Shown: in pieces, positions 24,788 to 38,370 of the stretch | Position numbering within the stretch: the stretch's first letter is position 1 | How the letters are laid out: every line of letters starts with the position of its first letter | From: Catajapyx aquilonaris | Lineage: Eukaryota | Assembly (NCBI GenBank): GCA_000934665.2 | Contig: KZ538235.1 | Coordinates: 62,001 to 111,666, forward strand | Length of the DNA stretch: 49,666 nucleotides | Reading direction: 5' to 3' | The notes under the pieces: generated by a model | Database searches by the model: none | Seen by the model: only the letters and a program-made list of their open reading frames with translations | What the model was told of the DNA's origin: nothing | Translations under genes and position numbers: made by a program

Positions 24788-26017
24788 TTACACGAGACGT
24801 TCCGCTCAAAGCTAGAGGCTAGGGAACCTCACCTGTGCATGCCACAGGTGTGAAGCCCCCAACCCACATCCAAATCCTAACAATCCGCAACAAAAGGTCC
24901 CCTCATATTGTTGAGCCATAAATTGTGCATGGCAACACGCATGTGCTAAGAACATGTGCTACCCGATAATTTATTTCCCAGAGGTTTGTGCACTCAAGAA
25001 TGGTAAGGAGGGAAGGGAGAGAGGAGGAGGATCGATGGCGAAACTTTGCAAGGGCATCTAAGCAGCTATTTCTGAGTAATAGAGTGGGGAAGGGAGGTAG
25101 TGTTCAAAACGCAAGAGAAATTAACGTCCCGGCAAGGCACACAAAAGGTCGCAAACTGTATGCCTTTACTTACGCCTACTTGAGACAAGAGTAGGGACTT
25201 AGAGGGTAAGTGGCGCCATTGCGGATCAACGGATCAAAAATGATCTCATTGTGAGATCAACTTGATATCAAATTAAAAAGATCGAAAAATTTAGGCCAGC
25301 CATACTCGTCCACCAGGGGCGCTGTTACCCTCTCATAGGCCTATCGTTGGTCTATCGCTATGTGTATAGACACTTCACGCAGTGGATAATCTTTTTTTGA
25401 TCCTGGGTGTGAGCATGAAGTGGTGTCGGTGCAATGGGGGCAACAAACAGCATGTAGATCAAAGCGACCGCCCTCCCCACCCGGCGCCCTACCCCACTTC
25501 AACCCTCCAATCCCTCATTTCTGACACACGAAGGGTCCTTTTTCTGGCCCATTTTATCATGTGGCAGGCACAAGAAAGGCCAGTGTTCCGGAGCCGTCCT
25601 TCAAAAAAAAAGGGCAGCCTTAGATGGACGTCCCGGATAGGGTTCAACTATACAGGGTCAGACTCAAGAAGACTTTTGACCCCGAGGATCAACCCATCAT
25701 TCTATGATAGGCTTTGTCTCACTTCCCATTTGGTGTTGAATTTAGGCAATAATGGCAACGGGTTGCTATGGAAAATTGGGAGAGCCACAATAACGTTCGT
25801 TGGTCTACGGCGCACAAGGCGGACAGCTTGGCATGTCACAACCCATGATAAGCGCTCAGCTCACGCTCGAAATTAGAATTATCGGCCATATGCGACGTAC
25901 CGTGCCTGGCAGGGCCACAAGATGGACAGTAGGACTGGTGCGGTCACCCAATGGTCATACAGATGACACTAACGCATCAATGATGGCAATGGTCTTACTA
26001 ATAAACAAACGAATAAG

Positions 26018-26056
<39 letters not shown>

Positions 26057-26260
26057 AGGTTAATTAATTAATTAAAATAGATAGATCAATGCATAAATAA
26101 ATATAAATAAATTAAAATAGATGAATGAATAATGAATAAATAAATAATATGGTCCGATTCGTCGTCCAAATATTTTTTGGCAGTAAATGAGGCAAAAACT
26201 TTGGTTGGCTGGTTCGTCCACTGGAGCCAACAGTGTCGCCACATATATAGCGGCCCCAAA

Positions 26261-26691
26261 AAATAGTGGCCAGACAAAATATATGATCAGGGTCGGAAAC
26301 ACAAACAACACTCCACAGGAAATCTAGTGTCTTTCCCTTTACAGTATATCGATAAAAACACCCGTGTTCAATATGAAATGCTGTGCAATTCGTTAAGATT
26401 GTGGGCGAAAAAAATTCGCAAGTTTTTTTTGTTGTTGTTGTTAGTAACGTGTATCAGGATTTTAAGGGGGGGGGGGGGNAAATAGTGGCCAGACAAAATA
26501 TATGATCAGGGTCGGAAACACAAACAACACTCTACAGGAAATCTAGTGCCTTTCCCTTTACAGTATATCGATAAAAACACCCGTGTTCAATATGAAATGC
26601 TGTGCAATTCGTTAAGATTGTGGGCGAAAAAAATTCGCAAGTTTTTTTTGCTGTTGTTGTTAGTAACGTGTATCAGGATTTTAAGGGGGGG
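26261..26691. other. ~215-bp direct duplication across a single-N gap; likely assembly overlap of two haplotypes
   Basis: 26261-26478 and 26480-26691 are identical apart from ~3 substitutions and G-run length. The junction is exactly the N at 26479. Confidence 0.85.
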
Positions 26692-29010
26692 CTGTCCTGG
26701 CAGCTTAGGACGAAGGATGGTGGCAATCTAGAGGCGCCACTTACTTACGGAAAATACTCGCTTTTGGTTCTCTTTTTTTGGGGGTGGGTTCGGAAGAAGG
26801 ATTTGCAAAAGGAGGAACAGCCAGCCAAGAATGGCCACTTGCCAAATGCACTACTTGTAACAAACAGACGAAACAGTGGAAGCCCCCAGACACGTCAATA
26901 AAGGAAAACAAATTGTCTCGAACGCGTTCAGTTACCAGCTATTTCTTCTTCCTTTTTTTTTTTTTTTGGTAAACTTGGCAAAGGCGAGCCCTCTGGTGGA
27001 AGTGTTGCCGCATTCTGCATGTAAGTTTTTTTAAGTGAAAAAAAGTCTATTATGATTATTATCGGGACGAATATATTTTTGCGACGTGTCTCTTTACCTG
27101 TTGCCAACTATGTCTGACACTAACTAATTTTCGAAAGCTAATGTTTTTCTAGCCTGAATAAACAATGGGACAGACAGATGGGGGGGAAGGGCTATTACCC
27201 TTTGAGTGTGTCAGGCATAGCTAGAAGATATTAATAACTGAAAAATATTTCACTAACTTTGAGATAAACAAATAGTTTGAATTGTTTAAAAATTTTAAAA
27301 TAGTCATTTTAAATAGAGATTAACAAATAATACTTCTACATTTTCAAGAAATTGGTTAAAGTAATAGTTTTACATTTCAATGAACAGGTTTTAAAATAGT
27401 TCCAAATAATAGCTTTATATTTCTATAAATAGGTTACAGAATTAATTAGTGATAATAGCTTTAGGTATTTCAATAGAACTCTACAAAATGAATAGTTAGC
27501 AAAAGGTGTAGGAAAATGAATTAATCATTCGATTAAAAGCTATTAAAAGTAGTTTTGAACATTTAAATGGCTACAGTATAAATAAATAGTTTGAAAAATG
27601 GTTTCAAGTACAGAAGCTTGAAGAAATTATTTCAATATAATAACTTAGTTATAGTAACTGTTCAAATAAATAGCTATAATGATTCTTTTTATAGTTTGAA
27701 ATAAACTGTTTCAATATGTAGTGATAAATATTTAATAATCATGCCGAATATTGTGGGAATTGCGTGATTATTCGTAATTAACCTGAGCCAAAATTAGTTG
27801 TAATGACCACTAGTCATGCAAAAATGCTTTTGGTTATAATTAAGTTACTGGTGGTTAAAAATAACTAATCATCACGCTAAACTGCATATTTTCTCATTCA
27901 AGGAGATCTGCATATAAATAGATTTATAATTTTCGATGCTGTTCGTGCCAAAAAATATATATAACATGCTCCAAATTTGCAAACGCATTTCCCTTTATTT
28001 AACTTATTTTCGACGAATTTGCACAATATTTCGGGATGTTATTACTTGAGAAAAAAAATTTGCGCACAAAATATTCGTTGAGAAATATAAGTTTTTTTAA
28101 AAAAAAACATGAAAAAATATTCTTACATGTGGCAAAATATTCTTACAAGTATGTGGAAAAATATTCATACATGTGGCAAAATATTTGCACAAATACTTGT
28201 ATAAGCTACATGACAAAATTATATTTCCATTGTAATTTATCCAGTAGTAAATATATTGCTTCAAAAATAAATTGAAGAAGTCTGGGTCCAATTAAAAATA
28301 ATTTCAAATATTTCTCACCTGTTATAGTAGTGTGCAACTATTTATTTTAATTTAATTTTCTTCCCTAAACCCCATACTATAAACCCTTTGACATATTTAT
28401 GGGTACACACTCTCCGTACATTCAACCAGTATACAACCATGCAATTGCACATTTTTCCACCAAATATTTTGCCTAATTTTTGGACCACGCCCTCTATATA
28501 CTCTCCACTCACTCTCTCATCCCCAAACTCCCCCAATATATGATTCATGTCTATCTCCCCCCTTGTCCCATCTCGCTCCTAAAATCCTATATACCCCCCT
28601 CAAAAAAATAGAGAGCTTGCCCCCCCCCCCTACCCCTTGGCCTATCCGCCCTATTTTTATTACCTTTATTTTTCCCTGGTCCGGCGAGAAATTAGGAGAT
28701 GCCGTGCCAACTTCCCATACCAGACGGACCATAAAACATTTTTATTGCTCCGTTGGCTGCGTCCACCGATAAACAGGTGGGCCCTATTAGCCTCCTGCTG
28801 CGGTTGCAACTGGGGCTGGGGGGGATGGAAGTGGGGGAAGGAGGAGCGGACCGGGGGGGTGCCTCTCCCTAGACCCTCCCAAAAAATGGCCCACCCTAAC
28901 CGTGGCGGCTCGGACTTTATTAGATCACCCCCGGTGCGTGTCTCAATCAAGGGCGTCCCATATTGACGGATTTGCAGACATAAATAATATCACATCGCAA
29001 AAGTCAAGAA

Positions 29011-29013
<3 letters not shown>

Positions 29014-29069
<56 letters not shown>
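29014..29069. repeat. (TTA)n microsatellite
   Basis: Direct reading. Confidence 0.95.
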
Positions 29070-29070
<1 letters not shown>

Positions 29071-29480
29071 ACTTTTGGGGGTTTTATAATATAGTTTGAA
29101 AATGAAAAAGGCTATAATTTTACCATATTATCACGCGAATTAAATGGTTTAATATTTAATCTATTAGCTGGTTTTAATTTAATATAATACATGATGTTGA
29201 TATGTTGTATTTATATGTGGCTTATTTTAGTGCTAATTATTATTTTCTTTTTTATTTTACTATTTATGTATTATTTATTTAATTACGTGTTTATTTACCA
29301 AGGATAGAGGGGCGGGGGTGGTAAGGGGAGGGAAATGGGACATACCGACAAACTTTACATTATAAGCCCTTTTAACCTAGATTTGTTTGTTTGTTTGAAA
29401 GTAAAAGCGATACAAATTCATCGGGTGACATCTATACATAAATGTTTACAAATATTTATATTATTTCTAAATTTAATATA

Positions 29481-29646
29481 CGGGGTGTTCCAGGTTCGTG
29501 GGTCACTTTTTGATAACGGATATCGCCCGATAGCTGTTATTTTTTGTAGCTTGTTGTGTCCCTAACCATGTGCCCCATTCTATAGCAGTTATAGAATGGG
29601 GCACATGGTTAGGGACACAACAAGCTACAAAAAAATAACTGCTATC
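29481..29646. mobile_element. Tc1/mariner-type MITE family A, right end missing
   Basis: TA|CGGGGTGTTCCAGGTTCGTGGGTCA...gatatcgccc...gtagcttgttgtg is colinear with 8996-9230. There is no right terminal CACCCTG. Confidence 0.85.
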
Positions 29647-30606
29647 CAGGTAAATGAAGTAGTATTTATAGATATTTACCAATTATTTTTAATTTCATGT
29701 GTACTTTTAAAACAGTTGTATGTGTGAGGGGCTTCTGGTTGGCCAGTAGAATATTGTTTACACGGCGCGGCGCTTCCGATTGACTCTCGTTCTGCGCCGG
29801 TGCAATGGGAGGAGGCAGCGCCTCTGGTGGATGGGAGGAGGAACTAGTACTTATTTATTCACTTTTGTGTTTATTTGGGAACCGGTATTTATTTCACCAC
29901 AGACTTTATTTATTTTGTGTGCCATATTATTTGAAAGTACAGTCCACAATGTACATTTTTCTTTTTCAAAAGTAATAAAAGGTCCGTTTTCATTACTCTT
30001 ATGTAATAGTAAAGTGACTTGGAGTAAACGTGGGTTACGTAACTCCCTGCGGATAGCCTGACAAGCAAGCGCAAAAATAAAAAGTCATACCGTGAGAGTC
30101 TAAATTCGGTTTTATCCCTGACACATCACCAGCCTGGGCTGGATGTAATAAATATTTCATCTAGTTAGTGTGGCGGGGAAGGGAGGGTCTATGAAGAGGG
30201 GGGAAGGGGGTAGAGTGTGTCTATTGTTAGCATCAGGGTTTTGCAGTATATGGGTCTTGGGGCGTATCTTTGCAGCGCAGCCTGCGCCTCGGGGCCGCAC
30301 TAATTAAACCAGAGGCTTGCAGAAATAGTAATAGGCGGGGGTACTACCAAGGGTGTGGAATATTTACGCCTGTAACGCGGTAGGCTGGTTTGTGTGATGT
30401 GCCAGGAAGGTTGCATACGCCTCGCGGGTAGCACGTTATCCGCATATAGCCATAAAGTTGGCTATAAATATTAAACAGTTATTTTTAGAAGCTATTTTTG
30501 CGCAGTTGAAAACATACAAATGAAATTTAAACATGACAAACGTAGTACCATATCCCTCGTATATATGGCTCACATTTCTCTCAAGGTTGTGTGACGGGAA
30601 GCAGTT

Positions 30607-30831
30607 TAGTAGTAATAGTCGTAGTCGTTGCAGTAATAATAACTTACTCACAGTAGTCGTAGACTCGTAGTCGTATTAGTCGTAGTCGTATTAGTCGTAG
30701 TCGTAGTAGTCGTGGTAGTAGTAATAGTCGTAGGAGTCGTAGTCGTAGTCGTAGTAGTAATAGTCGTAGTCGTAGTAGTCGTAGTAGTAGTAATAGTCAT
30801 AGTAGTCGTAGTAGTAGTAGTCATAGTAGTC

Positions 30832-30879
<48 letters not shown>
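30607..30879. repeat. Compound (GTA/GTC)n microsatellite
   Basis: gtagtcgtagta... grades into pure (GTA)n. Confidence 0.95.
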
Positions 30880-33800
30880 ACTGATGACTCACCCCGGACA
30901 AATAGATAACACTTCAGCCAGTTTTATATTTAATTCTGTTGGCAGAAAGCAGATTATTATGATGCATTTAATAAATTTCTATTAAATACAATATCAGTTA
31001 CACTTTATAGCATGTTATTACGGTTTCATAACATCAAATATTGCAACTTCATGAGAGTGATGTAATTATTATTAATGACACACAGTAACATGAGAAGCAA
31101 TATTCATTACAACTGAAATAACTGTGTAGTAATAATAATTATTGCGATAATTAATATTAATAATTCAGTGGTGCCAACGTGCCATATAGGCATACACAGA
31201 GATATTTGAAAGGAAAATATTAGGCCTCAATAGCGGTGCTTGCCAGCGTTAATGCATAAATTTTTTTAACTAACCATTGGTGTATTATTACTTTGCAAAT
31301 TGCTCTTTTGACCGTGTCGCTCCAACACTGTCCTTACTGTGTTTACATGGCTATAATGGATGTTTTCGTACAAACTCTGCGATAACAACCCAAATGCACA
31401 TACGCCTCTCTGCAGATCGTACTTCAGCATCAGTATTTTCCATGTGATATATGCCCAGTACTCGAAATAACATTGTGCCCGGCAATATGGGCTTCAATTG
31501 AGGTTTTCTATTAGCTATACTGAACGAGTTTCTTCAACAACCGTTAAAATATTAGCTATTTGAAACAAAATGTTGTAGATAATAAATTGAAATCATTAAA
31601 TACTTAAAACAGTGTAACGAATATAATAAATAACAAAAAATAATAAAAAAATAAAAAATGGAACAATTACTGAATTAAGAATGAAATAATAAAATAGACG
31701 ATAATGTAAATAATATACCGGTAATAAAATATACCTTATTATAATAAATAACATAATAAATAATAAAACATGACATATAAAAATAACATAATAAATAATT
31801 AATGCAATAAATAAATAAATAAAAATTACAATAAGTGGGAATAAAATGAGCATTGAAAATAATATTACACCAAGTAATATTCGGGACGATGAAACACCCA
31901 CGTCGTCAGTCCTAGTTATAGTGATTGTTTATCTCATCAACAACTGCATTGCTGCTTCTAACTATATAGTTGCTGGAGTGAACAATCCAAAACGTGATAT
32001 TCACCATTCAGTAATTTTGCAACTCAATTAATTTTTGAACTCCCAGCGTCCGCTCATATTATAAATTAACAGGCGACAATTCAATCACAGTTCAATCACC
32101 ACACATGTAACTCCCTGCACGGCCGGCTATTATGCGAAAATTCCGGGATTATAATAATTGTGGCAAAACTATTGTTGGCATCACAGCCATGAAAACAAAC
32201 CCCCCAATATTTCGAGGCCCGGAGCTGCCCCGGGTGGGGGGAGGGGGGTAGAGCCCGCCCACCCACCCCACTTCCAAAACCAGCTAAAACACTGACAACA
32301 TAATCTGTCAATTACAGTGTAATTACCACAGGCTTTTGTTCTAGTCGCTTGATGCTGTGTGTCCGGTGCAACAAGTAACACTGACTCAACAATGCAAATC
32401 ACACATGATGAATTCGCCTTTTGGGAAATCCCCAGACTTTAACTCAAAAAAAGTCGAAAAAAAAATCATTTGCGACAAGATGGCAATGATCCATCGGCCC
32501 CTTGCTGCACCTACTAATCGGCTATGTCTGTCTTTCCGTTTGTTTGTCAGCAGTATCACTACTATACTCGCATGGCCCTGAGAGTGGCTATGCGCCTCAA
32601 TGTGAGGGATATGGTACTACCCTTTGAGAATAAATTTATAAGTTTATTGAATATTTTACAATTTTTTACCAATTAAAATTTGTCGCAATTTTTACATAAC
32701 TTATTTATATTTGTTGCAATTTTTACATAATATTTGTTATAATTTTTAACAAATTAAAAAAATTTCAGAATAATTTTAAAAATATTTTTGCAATATTTTG
32801 TCCCATCTATGTGAGGGATATGGTACTCTCTGCCCGCCACCTGTGAAGGATATGTCACAGTAACTATCTTTCTACGTTATATTTTAATTTTAAACAAATC
32901 TAAACTTTTTTAAATGTTAAAAATTTTAACAATTTCAACATTTTTATTTTTTGCACATTTCACAAAAAATTATATTTTTATGTGCCATCTAGTGAGGGAT
33001 ATGGCGACTACCTGTCCGCTAGCTATGTGACGGATATGGTACGTCACGGCCACGCCCCTACAGACCACGTGATGTCGGCAGGCCATGACAATACCCCCCC
33101 GCTTGTAACTAACCGGATTCTGTGCTTCCAACCCAGAGTTATCTGCTTGCCCCGGATAATATTAATTCAAAAAGATAAGACTATTACAAGCTCCCAGATT
33201 TGGTTCCGGAGCATCCCCCACCAAAAAAAATCCGGGTAACGATCCAGTAATGAGAGGAGTTTGGTTGCATAGCACAATATCTGGCATCTGGCGTGTTCAT
33301 CAACCCCTGAGAGCGACATATGCAGAGGGGTGGGTCCTAACAAGATGAACTCAAAACCATGGGGGCCCGGATTTCGATCAGGTTTCACGCCACCCCGTAT
33401 AACATAGGCTTCAATAGCAATCGTTACGCATATTATAGTTGCCCATTTTTTTTTGGGGGGGGGGGGGGGAAGCCGAAGATTTTATTACATGGCATGTAAT
33501 CCGAGCGTGGTGTATACGCCTAACTGCGTTTAAAAAAAATGAGCAAGTTACTGTCGCGTGTTCAGAGACCTGGTAATTTTACGGTAGACTTCTCCGGATT
33601 TTTTCGTGGCCAGAAAAAAATAGTGGGGTGGTATTAATTTCAGGGATTTTTTTTTTGCAAAAAGTGGATTGAATTTCGGCAGGGGGTTTGACATATGGTA
33701 TGGTTCAACAGTCAGCAAAAATAACGTGACACTTTTTTGCAAAAAAAATTTATTGCAAACCTACCAGGTTATATCCACATTGCTGGAGGCTAGGTGACTC

Positions 33801-34319
33801 ACCTTGTACTTTTCACGTTAAGAGTCCTGTTTGTATAAACCTTGTAAATACACGTGTTAAAAAGTCGCTTCGGGTAATGTCATCACTGTAATGGAAAGAT
33901 AAACCCTTTGCATGGGTGAGTTTTTTTTTAACTTTACGGAGTAATTTGATGCCACCTACGCTGCTGATAGGCCTGTTAGTTTAGCGAGCGAAAAAAGTGT
34001 CGCTGTTTGCAAAAAATGGGGGTCCAGAGTAACAGGGGCTTGCAAATATTACATCATATTACTACCTCAGGCGATGATATCCGGATTTTAACACTATTTA
34101 TTTGTGCACTTTATTTAATTACAGTATTTTACAATATATTTCCATTCATTTAATTATGCCTATTAGTGCTATTACATTATAAATTAATCTTTATATGCAA
34201 AAACTAAGTTTTTGTTTTTAACATTTTCGTTACTTAAATTTGGTTATAATTGTTTATTTATTTTATCAACCAATAATGTTAATTTTATTATTAATTTACT
34301 TTTATCGTAATAAATTGTT

Positions 34320-34790
34320 CTCATTGAAATATTCACTTATTATCAGGCAAATATTTGCGAAATTCACTTATTGCAATTTGCAAAACTTACTTATGGTTAC
34401 TGGAAAAAGTACTTAATATTAATTTCAAATTTGACTTATTGTTAACAGTAAATTTGACTTATTGTTATTAACTTTGAAAAATGTATTTAGGTACCGGTAA
34501 TATTAATTTTGGAAAAATGTATTTAGGTAATATTAATTTTGGAAAAATGTATTTAGGTATTATTAATATTATTTTGAAAAATCTATTCAGGTATTATTGT
34601 TTGAAAATGCATTTATGTATTTTTTGAAAATGTATTTGTGTGTTATTATTTGAAAATGTATTTATGTATTATTATTTGAAGATGTATTTATGTATTATTA
34701 TTTGAAAATGTATTTATGTATTATTATTTGAAAATGTATTTAGGTGTTATTATTTGCAAAAGTTACTCGTTTTAATTTTTGAAACATTTA
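34320..34790. repeat. Degenerate array with 26-bp core tttgaaaatgtatttatgtattatta
   Basis: About 10 units between 34470 and 34760. Confidence 0.85.
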
Positions 34791-35574
34791 TTATTTATTC
34801 CTTATTTATTTTTATTACTACTCAATCCTTCGAGATCTATCTGGACATCTGATGTCAGATCTCCCATAAAATCACATTAACATCACAAATCCGCACTTTT
34901 ACGACGCAACACTGCACCAACTTTGTCATCCCCTTTTCCCCTAGGCCACCCAAAACCAAACCAAACATCATCAAGACCTCGCAAGTCCCATAAACTTTGA
35001 GACTGACACAAGTTTCCTTCGTCCTCAAGACTGTTCACGTCCAAAATGTGCAAATACAAGCCGAGTTATTCGCGCTGGATGAAACTGTTAGTCCTCGCTA
35101 TCACTTCATTTTTTCCCCCTCCTTCCTCTAGTCGCATCCTCCATTTTTATAGTACAACCCACCCTCCCACTCTTGACGGCAAAACCCGGTCGTTGAGAGT
35201 CCTCACAAGTGCCTCTTGGACGTGGCTTCCGGATTAGCGCCATTTTTCAACTCTGGGGAGAAGGAGACCCCTCCCTGCAGGCCTCTAATAGGAGTTTCCT
35301 CCAAGCTGGCAGCTATAGTCTTCTCCACCCCCCACCCCTTCTACCACCCCACCCAGCCTCCATAAGCAGCAGAGAAAGCTATTAGTCCTCATTAGAAATT
35401 CAAAGCTAGCGAAGCACACGACGTGACGACATTCGACACCGCCTGCGATTGGAGTCGCAAAATCAGTGGGGGAGGTTGCTTGCTCGGGATGGGGAGAGAT
35501 AATCCTGGGTTTCGCAATTCGCCAAAAGTCAATATTTCAAGTGAATCATGCCTGCAGTGGATAGATACGGTGGG

Positions 35575-35971
35575 AACGAAGCTAAAATGTAGAGGATGGA
35601 AATGTCGACAAACCGACCGTTAACGACGTAACAAGGATTAAAGTTGTGGTGGTCCTTAGACAAGCGCGGTTACCCTTGTAGGCGGTATATTTGCCCGAAA
35701 TAAAGCTAAAATGTAGAGGTGCAAATTGGCGACAAACTGACCGTTAGCGACATAGCGACGATCGAAGTTGATGGTGCCCACTAGACACACGCGGCCACCC
35801 ACAGTGTAAAGGATAGATCGCTCCAATACGAGTCGAAAATGTAGAGGCGCTATATGCTGACAACGCAACCGTTAGCGACTTAACGGCCTTCAAAGTTGGG
35901 GTGCCCCCTAGACACACGCGGCAACCCCACTTTCCCAGTTATTGAATGAAAATTGAGTCTAGTATCACCCT
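35575..35971. mobile_element. Three diverged ~125-bp tandem units ending in a Tc1/mariner-like terminus
   Basis: aaaatgtagagg...accgtta.cgac...aagttg...tagaca..cgcgg..accc at ~35584, 35708 and 35836, then CACCCTG|TA at 35965-35973. The left terminus is not clearly seen. Confidence 0.6.
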
Positions 35972-37809
35972 GTACATGCCCAGCTCAACAAAACGATTAG
36001 TTTTGGGTGATGGCAGGAGGGTGTCAAATATTCCACGGACATGAAACACCTGTGGGGCCGAAGGGTGACAAGGCGTGGGAAGGAGGGCGGCAAACCTCGA
36101 ATGCCTCTCGATTAATTACCTCCCAAGTCTCGGTGGGTTCTGGCTGGCGTTTAATGGCAACACTTCACAAGCTCTTCAGATATTGGTCGATCGCGACCCT
36201 ATGTAAAGTGGGTCCAATTAAGTCGCGAAATTTCGCAATTTTGACAAAATTTTACATACACAAAAAAAAATTGTATTGTTCATCTAAATTACACTCATTT
36301 ATGGCTTCAAAATCTATGTCACGCACTAATTACCGATAATGACTTTCCTCGTGCTAATTACAACCCTCTAAACAATCACAACGTTTAACCCCCTCTAGCG
36401 GTAGCGTCACCAAACGACTTATAATCACCTTCACAAAATGTATCTTTTGAAGGAAGGTTACTTGGGGGCGGGGGAATTTCAGGTCCTTGCAAATGAAGTC
36501 AAACGATTTGCCGAATTACCCCTCGGGCTTAGCGTAATGAGAAACTCTCGAGGGGGGAGAGAGCCTCCTTCTCCTCCTTCCCCCTACCCCAAAGACATAG
36601 TGCGAAGCATGCAAATACAGCCCTACGTGACAACGGGTATTAATGGCTCGCTTTACGCGTACATTTACAACCGAGGCTTCTCCAGTGTTGCGTCAAGGGT
36701 TTATCCTCCCAGACCTTACCTCCTTGGAGTACCAGGAGACTCCATAAAGCAATCAGTTTTTATTGAGTCAGACTGTACTTAGGTTGTGAGCACTCTGGAC
36801 GATACAGCCTGCGACACTTCCATCGCCTACAGCCCAGCCTACAACATGTCCATCGTCTACAGTACAGCCTACGACAGTTACATCGCCTGCAGTACAACTT
36901 CCCAGGTAGCACAGTTCGTCGGCCCGATGTCGGCGAATGACACCGGGCCAATGTTGGGGAGCGATGTCGGGCCAATGAAAAAGGGTTAACTTTTTGTCAC
37001 ATCGGGCCGACGTTGGCATCTGATGTTGGGCCGATGTTGGCATACGGTGCTGACCCGATCTACATTATACCCTATAATTACGACACTTCCTTCCCCTACA
37101 GTACAGCATATGGCACGTCCATCGCTGCAATATTGATACTCTCGCACTTTATAATTATTTAAAAATGAAGTTTAAATTATTTTAGATTTTGTTACTGGTT
37201 TAACATTTTTTTGGCACTAAGATTGTTATTATTTCGCAGTTAATGTTAGTATTAGCGGCTAATATTAGTTGGATACCAGCTGTTCCAATCACTGCAATTA
37301 AAATATGAAATGATTCCTTCAATTTGTTGTAATAATAGCATTAGGTTACGATAGGATCGGTTAGGACAGGTTATACGTTACATTTGGTGTGTTCTGGATT
37401 ATAAATTATTTAGTTAATTGCATTACAGAACGTTTGTTGTAACACCCAATTTTTCATATGTATATTAAAAATATAGCTGGCAAGACATTTCATACCCATT
37501 TGAAGCCCCATTATGTCGTTTGCACAGCCCAAAATTGATCATACAAAGTGGGCTGCTCTGGTCCTCAGAAGGTCACGCTTTAGAACCTTTTGATTTATTA
37601 TACAACCCCTTGTACACTGTACCAGGTCCCGTGAATAAAATACGAAGGCTTTCAATTGTTGAATGCATTGTCGCCTACCCCAAGGCTCGAGTTAGGTAGG
37701 TTGAGAGCGCACTAAAATAATTACAGTAATGATTCGCCAAAAAAAAAACACTGGTTTCATGCAGTAGTTAGCGTGAACTGCAAAACAAAAAATGGCGGGC
37801 AAAATTCGC

Positions 37810-38370
37810 TATGATGATTATTAGTTATTGTTCGGTGTGATTTTTATTAGTTACATGTGATTATGTGTGATTATTTAATCATACATAATCATAAATAACT
37901 AATAAAAATCCCAAAAATAACAATGTTAGCTAATGAAAATCACAAAAGTAACTGTTAGCGAATGATATTCACAAAAGTAACTGTTAGCGAATGATATTCA
38001 CAAAAGTAGCTGTTAGCTAATGAAAATCACATATTAACTAATAAAATCACAGATAATAACCAATATGTTAGATAATGAAAATCACATATTAACTAATAAA
38101 ATCACAGATAATAACCAATATGTTAGATAATGAAAATCAAATAATAATATTAACTAATAACATTTAAATTGCATAAATGGCTCAATAAAAAATTTAGTTA
38201 ATATTATTGTGATTTTCATTAGCTAACATTGTCTTATTTTTATTAGCTAATATGTGATTTTATTAGTTAATATTTGCATTATTTTATTAGCTATGTGTGA
38301 CAGTTTGTTATTGTTATGCATGTTGAGTAGCTATTAAAATTGTGATTATTAGTATTATTATTAGAAATGA
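37810..38370. repeat. TTATTAG/CTAATAA array with two strand flips, plus 29-bp x3 and 55-bp x2 cores
   Basis: tgttagcgaatgatattcacaaaagtaac at 37924-38010, a 55-bp duplicate at 38019-38128, and palindromes at 37839-37910 and 38128-38220. Confidence 0.85.

Noticed and set aside
25310..25324. CTCF site ccaccaggggcgc, also 29816-29830 reverse
   Set aside because: Each is one base short in the core spacing of the canonical motif, and both are isolated.
25382..25876. Longest ORF in the track (164 aa)
   Set aside because: It has a non-ATG start, no domain-like features and a composition typical of a chance ORF.
26261..26691. Recent biological tandem duplication
   Set aside because: The junction is exactly an N gap after a G homopolymer, so unmerged contig ends or haplotypes are more likely.
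30712..30909. Poly-Val ORF, and similarly the poly-Leu ORFs at 23549 and 28902
   Set aside because: These are microsatellite translations.
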